From Octopus bimaculoides (lineage: Eukaryota): DNA of 64,000 nt. Shown piece by piece: positions 37,571-49,653 of the stretch (within the stretch, counting starts at the first letter, position 1; each line of letters starts with the position of its first letter). The stretch is from contig NC_069004.1 in the NCBI RefSeq assembly GCF_001194135.2, positions 1,827,398-1,891,397 on the forward strand, written 5' to 3'. The translations under genes were made by a program, and so were the position numbers. The notes under the pieces are model-generated. The model saw nothing but the letters and a program-made list of their open reading frames with translations. It made no database searches and was not told the DNA's origin.

Positions 37571-40500
37571 GGCATGAGGGAATTTGCCTCAACAAATTCC
37601 GTCTGACCCATGCAAGCACGGAAAAGTGAACGTTAAAACAATGACGATGACGGTGGTGGAGACACACACACAGACACATTCCACGGTGAAAACAAGCGCG
37701 TGGTTTGATGTCCCAGGCCTCACCAGATGCCACCACATGCAATATATACCAATATGTACTTAGTCCGTAAATCTGTTTGTCGTACAGTTTTCACCTCGTT
37801 AGCCCCAAACAGAAACTGTCACATGGCGATCGATACTAACTTACACGTAGTTCACAGCCACAACTTAAAGTAATCTTAGCTTTTCTGGTAAGTAAAACTT
37901 TTTTCTTTAGTGAGGGGGGGGAATGCTACGATAGTAGTTGCAAGATGATGGGAGCACTGGGAACACACGAAGTAGTGTTGCTGGCTTTTTGTTATTTGAT
38001 AAATGAGAGGGGGGAAAAAAAAGGCACGAAATGATTCTGATGGGACGATGCCTTGCTACTGATAACGGGCGGTTGATGAGGTCAGGAGGACCTCTCAAAG
38101 GTGGTGATGGTTTTTAAAAAATGATTTCGGTGATAGAAATTTCTGTTAACTGCGGTTTTAAGGGATTTTTCCAAGGCAATGTAAAGCTGTAAAGAATCCG
38201 TCGGGAAATCTATCAATCGAAGCAGATCTGCAGTTTAGCGTCGCACTGATTTCTTTCATCATAACTTTGTTAAAAGTGCATATTTTTAATGAGGTAACAA
38301 AGTTGGAAGGGAGAAGAGGGATACCAAATTGTAGTTATGCCTCGACCAAAATACTGTAAAGAATTTCTTTTCAGACAAGAATATTTCCTTAAGACAAGAA
38401 AGTGAGAAAATTATTACATTAATATCTTCCTACGTGCATGAGATACTTAAAATGCAGTAATTTAGAATGTTTTCGAAAATGGGTTCTACACGCCATATTA
38501 TGTAAATAATTGTTTCTAAGACAAACCTAACCCCAATCCTAAGGTATTTGTTTAACCAAAACATTCTTACATTTTCCGACAATATCAGAGGATAAATTTA
38601 CGAACCTTTACGTTCTCAATTAAAATCCCGCCAACATCAGCATTTTTCTTTCATTCATTCTTGTGCAATTCTTTCTTCAGGCACTGCCTGTAAGGAAACA
38701 TCGGCACACAGGACAGTTGCCCGGCAGGGAGGGAAGGCTTATTGGGTTATAAACAAGGCTCTTCCCGGGCCGTTGAAATAAAATACCAGTCAAGTCCTGG
38801 AATTCGATTAAATGTTCCTATAAGGCATCGCAGAGGTGAATAGAGTTATAATAGAAGAAAGGAATGTAATGAAAAATGAAATTTATTTCTTCATTGACTT
38901 CAGCTGTTGTTTAGTTTCACCTCTGTCCCTGGTCCAGTAGACATGTGACGAAATTCGTTCAAGCGGTGATTAACCCAACTTTTATTGATTTACTCTGTTT
39001 TGTTTCAAATATAGTGTTTTCTATGGCTGCAATTATTGAATATATTCTTCTCCTTCCCCCCGCTTTCTTTTTTTTTTTTTTTCCAAGACGATACGTTTTG
39101 ATTTGAGGAGTATTTGGTGTCATTTTCTAGCAAACCTAACCACCGCGTAGTGTCTTCCTCGATGAATTCAGATATTTTGATGGAGGGGTTGGGATATTTA
39201 ATTTCTTACATCTTTAAGAAATTAAATTGGACTATAATGAAAACATCTAGGAAGTTCATTCTTTATAGTTGTGTAAATAGGGACACATGGAAGTATAAAA
39301 AAATATGTCGNNNNNNNNNNNNNNNNNNNNNNNNNNNNNNNNNNNNNNNNNNNNNNNNNNNNNNNNNNNNNNNNNNNNNNNNNNNNNNNNNNNNNNNNNN
39401 NNNNNNNNNNNNNNNNNNNNNNNNNNNNNNNNNNNNNNNNNNNNNNNNNNNNNNNNNNNNNNNNNNNNNNNNNNNNNNNNNNNNNNNNNNNNNNNNNNNN
39501 NNNNNNNNNNNNNNNNNNNNNNNNNNNNNNNNNNNNNNNNNNNNNNNNNNNNNNNNNNNNNNNNNNNNNNNNNNNNNNNNNNNNNNNNNNNNNNNNNNNN
39601 NNNNNNNNNNNNNNNNNNNNNNNNNNNNNNNNNNNNNNNNNNNNNNNNNNNNNNNNNNNNNNNNNNNNNNNNNNNNNNNNNNNNNNNNNNNNNNNNNNNN
39701 NNNNNNNNNNNNNNNNNNNNNNNNNNNNNNNNNNNNNNNNNNNNNNNNNNNNNNNNNNNNNNNNNNNNNNNNNNNNNNNNNNNNNNNNNNNNNNNNNNNN
39801 NNNNNNNNNNNNNNNNNNNNNNNNNNNNNNNGGAAGTCGAATACATAGACCCCAGTGATCAGCTGGTACTTATTTTATCGACCTCGAAAGGATAAAAGGG
39901 TAAGTCAACCCCGGCAGAATTTTAACTCAGAGCATAAAGACGGACGAAATGTCACTAAGCATTTCTCCCGGCGTGCAAACGGTTCTGCCACCTTAATAAT
40001 CCTTTCTACTGGAAGCACAAGGCCTCAAATTTGAGGGGAAAGATTAAGTCGATGACCTCGACCCCAGTGCGTAATTGGTACTTAATTTATCGACGCCAGT
40101 ACGTAACTGGTACTTAATTTATCGACCCCCAAAAGGATGAAAGGCAAAGTCGACCCCGGCGGCATAATGCTACCTTAATAATAACCAGAGCAATAATGAT
40201 AATAGTTTCAAGTTTTGTCACAAGGGCAGCCGTTTTGGCGGTGGGAGAGGGGATGAGTCGATTACATCGACCCCAGTGTTTAACTGGTACTTATTTTATC
40301 AACCCCGAAAGGATGAAAGGCAACGTCAACCTCAGCAATAATAATAATAATAATGATGATGATGATGATGGTGATGATAATCCACATGCTCATATTTATG
40401 TATTTCCCTAGGCTTATCTTTAGGTACTCCAATGTATTTCCCTAGACAAACTTCAGGCTCCCAATGCTAACATCTTTCGCCAGTCTAACCTTGAGATGCT

Positions 40501-40604
40501 CTACACCAACATATATTTACTTAGAAAAACTTAAGGTACCCCCCCCCNNNNNNNNNNNNNNNNNNNNNNNNNNNNNNNNNNNNNNNNNNNNNNNNNNNNN
40601 NNNN

Positions 40605-40985
40605 CCCTTGTGGACAATAAAGAAATAAGATACGTTAACACGCCGGTCGAAATGCTTAGCAGTATTTCGTCTGTCTTTACGTTCTGAGTTCAAATTCCGC
40701 CGAGGTCGACTTTGCCTTTCATCCTTTCGGGGTCGATTAAATAAGTACCAGTTACGCACTGGGGTCGATGTAATCGACTTTATCCGTTCGTCTGTTCTTG
40801 TTTGTTCCCTCTATGTTTAGCCCCTTGTGGACAATAAAGAAATAAGATACGTTAACACGCCGGTCGAAATGCTTAGCAGTATTTCGTCTGTCTTTACGTT
40901 CTGAGTTCAAATTCCGCCGAGGTCGACTTTGACTTTCATCCTTTCGGGGTCGATAAATTAAGTACCAGTTGCGTACTGGGTCGAT
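40605..40985 (+). repeat. Head-to-tail tandem of a family C SINE, period 217 bp
   Basis: CCCTTGTGGACAATAAAGAAATAAGATACGTTAACACGCCGGTCGAAATGC... at 40605 and 40822, near-identical. Confidence 0.9.
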
Positions 40986-41334
40986 GTGCTTCTTTCAGTT
41001 TCCGTCTACTAAATCCACTCACAAGGCTTCAGTCAGACTAAGACTACAGTAGAAGACACTTGCCCAAGGTGCCAAACAGTGGGACTGAACTCAGAACCAT
41101 GTGGTTGGGAAGCAAGCTTCTTACCACACAGCCATGCCTAGCTCAAAATTTATTGGGAGTTAGCTTATCCACTCAGTTTTTATTGTAAATATTTTTTATG
41201 TTTTTCAGATGAAGGCTTGACACGTCCCTAACCAAAGAGGAGCAGATCTTTTCCAAACTTAGTTATGAAAAACTATACAATGGCTTTTGAAGAACTCAAG
41301 TTTCTGATAGGAACTTCAGAAGGTTTGTCACTTT

Positions 41335-41871
41335 ATTGTTATTATTATATATTGTCTTTGCTCACCTTCTAACACTGGAGATGTACTACACCATCCGGAG
41401 TATTTGGGCGGTTCCAAACAGTGTTGTTTTCTGCAAGTGCTCCATCCATATTGCAGCCCCTATTTGTTCCTCGTATTTCTCGAGATTCTTACTCACTGTT
41501 CCCAGGGCTCCAATAATTATTGGTACTACTACCACCTTTTTCAGTGACCACTACTGCTTAACCTCCCAAGCTAACCTGTCATATCTCTCGACTTTTCTTT
41601 CTTCCTTATCGCATACCTTGTTGTCAGCTGGGCAGGCTATATCTATGATCCAGCATAGTTTACTTTCTTTCTCAATTAAGACTATGTCTGGCTTCCTATT
41701 CTCTATCTCATGGTCACACTGAATCATAAAATCCCATGGAATCTTTGCATTTCTATTTTTGACGATGCCTTCAGGTTTGTGGTCATACCAATTTTTTGCT
41801 CTATCAAGTCCATACTTGTTGCAAAGTGTCCAATGGACAAGCCTGGCTATAAGAGACGCCACGACAATATA
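41335..41871 (-). mobile_element. 5'-truncated R4/Dong-like non-LTR retrotransposon (restriction-like endonuclease domain), one premature TAG, 24-bp 5' inversion
   Basis: IARLVHWTLCNKY...KIPWDFMIQCDHEIENRKPDIVLIEKESKLCWIIDIACPADNKVCDKEERKVERYDRLAWEVKQ*WSLKKVVVVPIIIGALGTV...LQKTTLFGTAQILRMV*; PD-x14-D nuclease motif; 3' tail TAATAATAACAATAA. Confidence 0.88.
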
Positions 41872-42092
41872 TATGTACCTATATATAAATATATATTTGT
41901 GTGTCTGTATGACAGGTTTTCACACAATTAGGCTACCAAATTCACTCACAAAGCATTGATCTATCCAGGGCTATAGTAGAAGACATTTGCTCTTGGTGAT
42001 GTGCAATGGGATTGAAACTGAAGCCATATGGTTCCAAAACAACCTTCTTAACCACACAGCCATGCCATACGTTATATTATTTATTGTAATTT

Positions 42093-42126
<34 letters not shown>

Positions 42127-43804
42127 CCTAGCTTCCCTTATTTGGAAAATCTACTATTCTGGCATCTAGCATCTCTGGCTGCTCCCTTGCTTACTGAGTC
42201 AGTGAGATTTTTAACCGACACTACCACCACACCACTCTACCACCACCACCACTACTACTGGTGAGGTGTGTAGATGACCTGGTGAATAAATAGCCTTACA
42301 TACTACAATACTTACGTAGCTTTCACATTCTGCTCGACGTAACATAAAAAAATTCTAAACGATCGCTCAACCTGCTAGAAATAGCAGTCAAATTTCCCTT
42401 CGATCATACCTTATTGTCTTTAGGAAAAGTGCATTGGTGGGAGGGGGAGAAAGACACAATGAATAATGTAAACCCAGAGACAATGTGTCTAAAACAAAAT
42501 CGGAATGGCTTTCAACATAGTGTATATTCGATCTTGGCTGACCTGTGGTTAAACAACAATATAACAACCAAGTTGTCTGTCTGTCTGTCTGTCTGTCTTT
42601 ACTAAACTTGGCAACTTACTAAAGAGAAAAAGAATGTAGTGAGTTTACTTAGGTGTGGCAGAGTAGGAGGGGCAACAAGTTGTCTATGAGTGGCAGGAGA
42701 AGTGATCGATGTCCAAGAAACGGAGAGGAACTGGTTGTGTGATGGAGGTATGTTGGAACAGCATGTTCCGTATTTAGGTAGATGAAAGGAAAACAAAACA
42801 ACTGGAGTTCGATGTTTAGTCACTGGCTCACCCTGATCGATCGACCGAGCAAGATCTGTGGTCATATACATCGTTTCAAGTCATAACCATCTCGTCCATT
42901 TTAGGGGTCATTGTACTACTACATTATGTAACATATCCCCGAGTAGTTTGTGTGTGTGTGTGTGATTTGAGGGAGATTTGGTCAGTTATTTCTAGTCGGT
43001 TGCTCCATTCCAGATAAGTTGGTATGCCTCGAAGAAGAGAAGTGAATACTTGACGATTCAGACTCCTTCATCATCACCACCACCATCTCCACTACTACTT
43101 ATACTACCGATAGATCCTCAGTTATATATATAAATATTGCTGTTGTTGCTATGAACAGTGGTGCTGTCAGGCACATATTAACAGCCTCGCTTTTACCAAT
43201 ACCATCTCTATTATTATATCTTTTGTTGCTATTATTGTTACTTCTTCGAGAGTCTGTATCTAGCCCCATTGACATTCGAATTCAGTGAGCGAGTAATAAC
43301 TCTAAAAGTACTACAGCTTCTGGTGGTGGCAGTACGACCGACACCACCACCACCATCGGTAGCAACTTCAACGTTATCACTGATTGTATTGCGACCATCA
43401 TCACAACCACCACCACCACCGCCGCCGCCGTCACCACTATAGTTACCGCTCCCAGCTTCAGTAACACCACGGCCAACCACACCATCATCATCACTGTTAG
43501 AGCGCCATGGCACGACTAGTTACTGCTGCCTTTGATGTTACCAACTACCACCACTACAAGCGCGCTTATCATCAGCTGCTGAGAGATCTGGAATACAACT
43601 AGAGTTACCTACACTCACACTGAGAGGGAGAAAGAGAGTGGGAGTGGAAGAAAGAGTGTCTACTCGGCTGCTGCATCTAACCAGCCATCGAAGAAGCCGA
43701 GCAAGGCAACCAACCATCCTACTGAACCACCCGTTTATGAGCAGAGTGCTGCTGTACAAGCGTGAAAGTGCTTCCAGTCGATTGTCCCACCACGACGAGA
43801 GGGC

Positions 43805-44201
43805 ATGGCCTGGTATCGCTGGGCGGAAGGTGACACTTCAACACACCACCAGCCCCAGCAGCACCATCAGAGCCCTAAGCAACAACATTATCATCAACAC
43901 CATACTCATCACCGCTATAGAGCTTGCGGCTCGTTTTCAGATGAACGAATGCATTACTTCGAAAATATCGACAAAAACACCGATCGCTATCACAGTCATT
44001 GTCTCCATCATAACAATCACTTTTGGCACCCACGGCGACCTCCGTTAAAGGGAACTCTAGTACTGTTCCCACCTTCGTGGGATACCCTAACACAATGCTG
44101 GAAAGAACTATCTGCTCTCGGATTCGGTCTTTCGTCTAGGAAACGCTTGATTCTCTACTTCGTGTTCAGAGGGACCAGCTTTCGAGTGTGTTTAGGCGAT
44201 G
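43805..44201 (+). CDS. Candidate first coding exon of an unidentified gene (His/Gln-rich N-terminus)
   Basis: ATG in GGGCATGG context, 132 open codons (MAWYRWAEGDTSTHHQPQQHH...FRVCLGD) ending exactly at a consensus donor GATG|GTAAGT (44201/44202), in a CpG-retaining island. No homologue recognised. Confidence 0.35.
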
Positions 44202-44488
44202 GTAAGTTACTCCTGTTTTCTTTCCCCTCGTTCAAAACTATCGCCAATCGTGTGGATGTCAATTCCAGGATTTCCCTACAGTTTGTCTCACCTTACCAAA
44301 CCATTTCGTTTGTATAATTCACCTTGGTTTGCTACGCTAACCTTGTCATAAATTAACTCGGAATATCGAAAACTGGTCTTCCGGTTATTCTTGTATACAA
44401 TATATACATATACGCATTTTATAATAAACACACTTTATCCTCACAAACATTTCTATCCGCACACACACATATATGTATGCATATACGG

Positions 44489-44524
<36 letters not shown>

Positions 44525-45662
44525 GTCCAAGGATGCAACTGCATTAAAATGCAATTAATAAACACATGCGCGTGGGCGTGCGCACATTCACACATTCAAT
44601 TTGTATATGGTTCTACCGATTTCTAATACAAACACATACAGCTATGTTGATATGGATTTTCTGCCTATATTGTGTATCTGTGGTGAGGGAGGTCATTCTT
44701 TGAGAATGAACGACAGCGTTGGAGATAGCAAAAATAAATTGTATGTGTGTATATTTATGTTAATGTATGTGCTTAGAGTGGAGCGAGCAACTAGTGTATG
44801 CGTGCGCGTGCGTATGATCAATAACAGTTGATATAAAAAAATTCTACTTTTTCAATGAGCATGAAAGAGTTTATATATTGTACGAGTCTATATATTGTGC
44901 ATACGTATATTGTGTATAGACGTGCATGGATAGCGTGTATATATGTGCATAGAGTGTAAGTGTGGATATATATGCATGTCGATGAAGACTGACTTGTGCA
45001 CGCGCCAATGTGTCATTGCGTGCAACTGTTTAAGATGACTGAATGGTGTTATACAGTTGTCATTGAGATTTAGCTCCAAATCATCGTTGGTCGGACAGAT
45101 CTAGAATCGAAAGCGTTCTGGTCGTGACCATCACATCCACAATTTCACTTCATTGTTCAGTGGTATATATGATTGTGTGTGATGTATGTATGCTTCTGTG
45201 TGACGATATCGTTTAGCTCCGGATCGGTTTTGATCGAGCAAGACTCATGATCAAAAGTATGCTAGCCGTGACCACCACTTCTTTTTCGTATGTGCAGGGA
45301 ACCCACATTCCCATTGTACACTATCTGTTTTTTCTTTTCTTTTTTAAGGAACGCGGTTTGATTTGAGTGAGATTCGACTGTTATCTGTAGCTGATGGAAC
45401 GATCACATATGAGATACCTCACTGGATCGAGACGTGTGTGGTTGTGGTGAGTGATGTGTGAAAGAGAAAACGGTGGGTGAGGAAAATACCTCGGGTATTC
45501 TTAGAGTTATCTCCCTTGCTTGTCTTAGATTTTAACACCCTCGAGGGAGTTTTCATCTATTAAATGCAAAGACAATCACAATAAATTGAAGTTTACAGAC
45601 GTGAAACTCTACCGTCTGTATGCGTATATTTAACAACCACCATATACATATATATGTGTGTG

Positions 45663-45708
<46 letters not shown>

Positions 45709-46181
45709 TGATATTATATACATAGTGTAATTTAGACTTTAAACTGTTGAATAAATTAACCAGTATTTAAAACTTTACGTGCATATACATTCGTGTAGTG
45801 TAATTCTATCGTTTGTTACTAAATCTGGATTTGAGTGTTACACAGAGTACACGCAAAGAATAAAACAAAACATTGAAATTGCTTCGAAGATGTTTAGTTA
45901 CAACATCTTAAAAGTGTTTCATTAACGTAGTTGATTATTGATGCCATAAGGCAAATTACATAATCAACGTTTACTGTCAAATCATCAGAGACATGTAACT
46001 ATTATATGTGATATTATTGGATTGAAAAGATGACAGTATTCACCATCATGAGGCTGGCTCATGAGTCACTGTTGTGAACCTGTTTCTACAATAGGGAATG
46101 TTTTTATCTTTTTGTTCTGATAATATTTTGTATAACATTTACACATCTCTAATGATTAGACTATAAGTGTTGACTATATAA

Positions 46182-46245
<64 letters not shown>

Positions 46246-46619
46246 CATGCATACATATGTGTGTGTGTGTGTGTACACAACACAATTACACTGGTCTTAC
46301 ATAGTTGAATTGAATAAATATGAACATACATATGCTCACTCTATACACATATACACACACACACACACACACAGAGAAAGTATTCTTTTCTACTCTTGGC
46401 ATAAGGACCAAAATTTGTGGGCAGGGGGTGCCAGTCGTTTAGATTGACCTCCAGTATGCAACTGGTACTTAATTATCAACCCCGAAAGGATGAAAGGCAA
46501 AGTCGACCTCAGCAAAATTTGAACTCAGAACATAAAGACGGATGAAAGTATTCTAAAAGTTTAGAATCCCTCCATAATGCTATAACTACAAGAGAAGAAT
46601 TCTTTATATTTTTTGTTGT

Positions 46620-47230
46620 CTTTTTAACAAATACTTTTATTTTGTTCAACCGAAGTCACCATTAACTTCTGTGAGCTCTTCATATCTTTTGCACAGCTAC
46701 TCAATGATGTTTCATTAGAACTGTATATCCTGCTCAATCAACCATGCTATTCTGTAACCAACCAGAATCCTTCATCACAGGAAAAGAATTTCCTGCCCTT
46801 CAAATTGTGTTTCAAATCTGGAAACAGTTGAAAACTACAGGGAGCAAAGGTCTGGGGAAATAAGCTGGATAAAACTTATACTCAGCTCTTTTGAAAGCTG
46901 AGCTGTGTTAGCAGGTACATTGAAAGGAAGAAGTAAATAAATGACTGTCAACATTCCACAGCATTGTGTTTTGATACAGGTTTGCAATCAGTGTAGCAAA
47001 TCAGCATAATAGACACTTGTGATTGTTGTCTTGAGTGCCAGGTTGTCAATTAACAGAACACTCGCAGAATCATAGGAGATTGCGCACGCGATTTGTTTAC
47101 ACTAGGTTAAAAATCTTGGTTAGCAGGGAATCTATTTTCTTTTTTTATTTCAGGTTCATGGAAGTGGTTGTGGATCTATGTCCTATCTTTGCCTATTTAT
47201 TGCTAATTGAACAGTTCCCACTTCTCCTAC
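46620..47230 (-). mobile_element. Decayed mariner transposase relic
   Basis: Minus-strand fragments DSASVLLID, TITSVYYADLL and PAY(S)PD(L)APCSFQLFPDLKHNLKGRKF (YSPDLAP motif), with many stops. Confidence 0.75.
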
Positions 47231-47382
47231 ATGAATCTTAGATTTTCATCAAAACATAGTTCCCTACACTCTTTCATTGTTGGAACCTGTATTCTTAGCC
47301 CTTGAAAGGCAGACACTTTTCGCAGGCATATATATATAGAGAGATAGACAGACATAGATAAATAGATAGACAGATAGATAGA

Positions 47383-47423
<41 letters not shown>

Positions 47424-47951
47424 TAGGCACAGGAGTGGCTGTGTGCTAAGTAGGTTGCTTACCAACCACATGGTTCCGGCTTCAGTCCCACTGTGTGGCA
47501 CTTTGAGCAATACTATAGCCTCAGGCCGACCAAAGCCTTGTGAGTGGATTTGGTAGACGGAAACTTAAAAAAGCCTGTCATATATATGTTTGTGTGTCTG
47601 TGTTTATCCCCCCAACANNNNNNNNNNNNNNNNNNNNNNNNNNNNNNNNNNNNNNNNNNNNNNNNNNNNNNNNNNNNNNNNNNNNNNNNNNNNNNNNNNN
47701 NNNNNNNNNNNNNNNNNNNNNNNNNNNNNNNNNNNNNNNNNNNNNNNNNNNNNNNNNNNNNNNNNNNNNNNNNNNNNNNNNNNNNNNNNNNNNNNNNNNN
47801 NNNNNNNNNNNNNNNNNNNNNNNNNNNNNNNNNNNNNNNNNNNNNNNNNNNNNNNNNNNNNNNNNNNNNNNNNNNNNNNNNNNNNNNNNNNNNNNNNNNN
47901 NNNNNNNNNNNNNNNNNNNNNNNNNNNNNNNNNNNNNNNNNNNNNNNNNNN

Positions 47952-47998
<47 letters not shown>

Positions 47999-48029
47999 GT
48001 ATGTATGTATGTATCTATATGTATGTGGT

Positions 48030-48236
48030 AAATTGTGATACGGCTGTTGTTCACAACAGAACATGTACAACATGTGGAAAGGTGTTCCTCTCAGTTGCAG
48101 GATTGAAAAGGCATGTCAAAAGAGTTCGTACTGTGGCACCTGTGCCTTCTGCCACCCAGCTCAGCTGTGTGCATTATGTAATAGAATGTGCAAAACTTTT
48201 TCCAGGCTCAAGAGTCATACAAGGGCGTCACATTGA
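48030..48236 (+). mobile_element. Two C2H2 fingers, probably the C-terminus of an RTE-BovB-like LINE ORF (frameshifted)
   Basis: CTTCGKVFLSVAGLKRH, a 2-nt frameshift, then CALCNRMCKTFSRLKSHTRASH*; no TGEKP linker. Confidence 0.6.
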
Positions 48237-48551
48237 GTCACCATTGACTCATTTCAGTGATTCCTTCTAACAATGGCTTTGCTCATAAATGAGAAAGCAG
48301 CTAAGATATGTGTATGTGTGTGTGTGTGTGTATATAAGTGTAAGCGAAAAGAAGCATAAAGGAAAACACTTCTAATCTCAGAAAATAAACCCATACAAAT
48401 GTGTATGTGCATATAAACATACATACAATCACATATACACACACACATATTTATGTGCACATATGTATGTATATCTATATAGATAGATAGATAGATAGAT
48501 ATGAATAGATATATATTTATACACTCATATATATACATGCATGTACATACG

Positions 48552-48583
<32 letters not shown>

Positions 48584-49619
48584 CACACACATATATATAC
48601 ATACATTTATATGTACGCACACATGATTATATTGTATATAAAATATAAAAACTTACAAATGTATACAGAAAGACATATAAAAGCATATATTGACACTAAT
48701 CCACCAAATCATGCACTTATTCATACATATATAAGGATTCATTTGTGAGCTATATCTGTACAAATATTTACTCATGTATATACACATCTTTTCAAATGCA
48801 AGCAAAGCCATATAATCATACATTTATCAAAAGTATGTGAATATAATCTCAACTGTTATCAAATGATTCAGAATGAGAGAGTACAATGAAAACGTTACCA
48901 GTTGAATCTTATTAGTAAAAATACAAAGGCAATATAAAAAACACATCTAAATAGATTTATTATATATAAAACAGTTAGGAAGCTGCAAAAAAAAAAGGCA
49001 GGGATCCAACTGGAAAGAAGCAGAAAAGAGTGTAGAAGTGAGCAGAGTAGAGAGAAGTCATCAATGAAGAAAGAAGGATGTTAAGTTATAGTTGACTTTG
49101 GCAGGGTTTGAACTCAGAATGCAAAACACAAGTAATTTTGTTCTATGTTCTAATGCTTTTTGCCAAACCATTGCACTCTTGTAATAATTGGCTCCTATTT
49201 CACTTGGCACCAATCTTATATTTTAGTGGAAGGGAAATGAAAAGTTTGAGATTCTTGCCTTCATTGATCACTCATATGTCTGCTGTACACGTGGCCTCTA
49301 CCGTTCTTAGGTTTATAATCTCATTGGAAAGGCATAAACGACTCAGCTCTTCTAAACCTGACTAGATTGGCTTGATAAATAAATAAATCACCACCACCAT
49401 CATTACCATCATCATCATCTTTTGATATTTGCATACTGCTGCTACAACTGCCGTTGCTGCTGTTACTACTACTACTGCTGCTGCTGCTGCTGTATGCCGC
49501 TCCACCAATGTGTTTATGTTTAAATTCCATTAACCTGTCTTGCAATCGATCTCGCATCATACACACAAACTCCTCTTTCTCTTTCTCACACACACACTCT
49601 GCTTGCTCTCTCTCATTCC

Positions 49620-49653
<34 letters not shown>

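Noticed and set aside
37900-38270. TGATGA/CTGA motifs suggesting a C/D snoRNA
   Set aside because: Box spacing and a terminal stem are not satisfied by eye.
40605-40985. Direct repeats as a possible CRISPR array
   Set aside because: Eukaryotic context, 217-bp SINE units, no unique spacers and no cas genes.
43535-44201. Frame from ATG 43535 into the His-rich ORF interrupted only by two TGA codons (S-C-TGA at 43580; A-TGA-K-C at 43763), suggesting a selenoprotein
   Set aside because: Two TGA-only stops are not unlikely by chance, there is no thioredoxin-like context, and no SECIS was identified. A SECISearch hit plus TGA/Cys alignment in orthologues would reopen it.
47154-47230. Strong plus-strand acceptor as partner of donor 44201
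   Set aside because: It lies within the minus-strand mariner relic, stops after 17 codons in the required phase, and has no donor.
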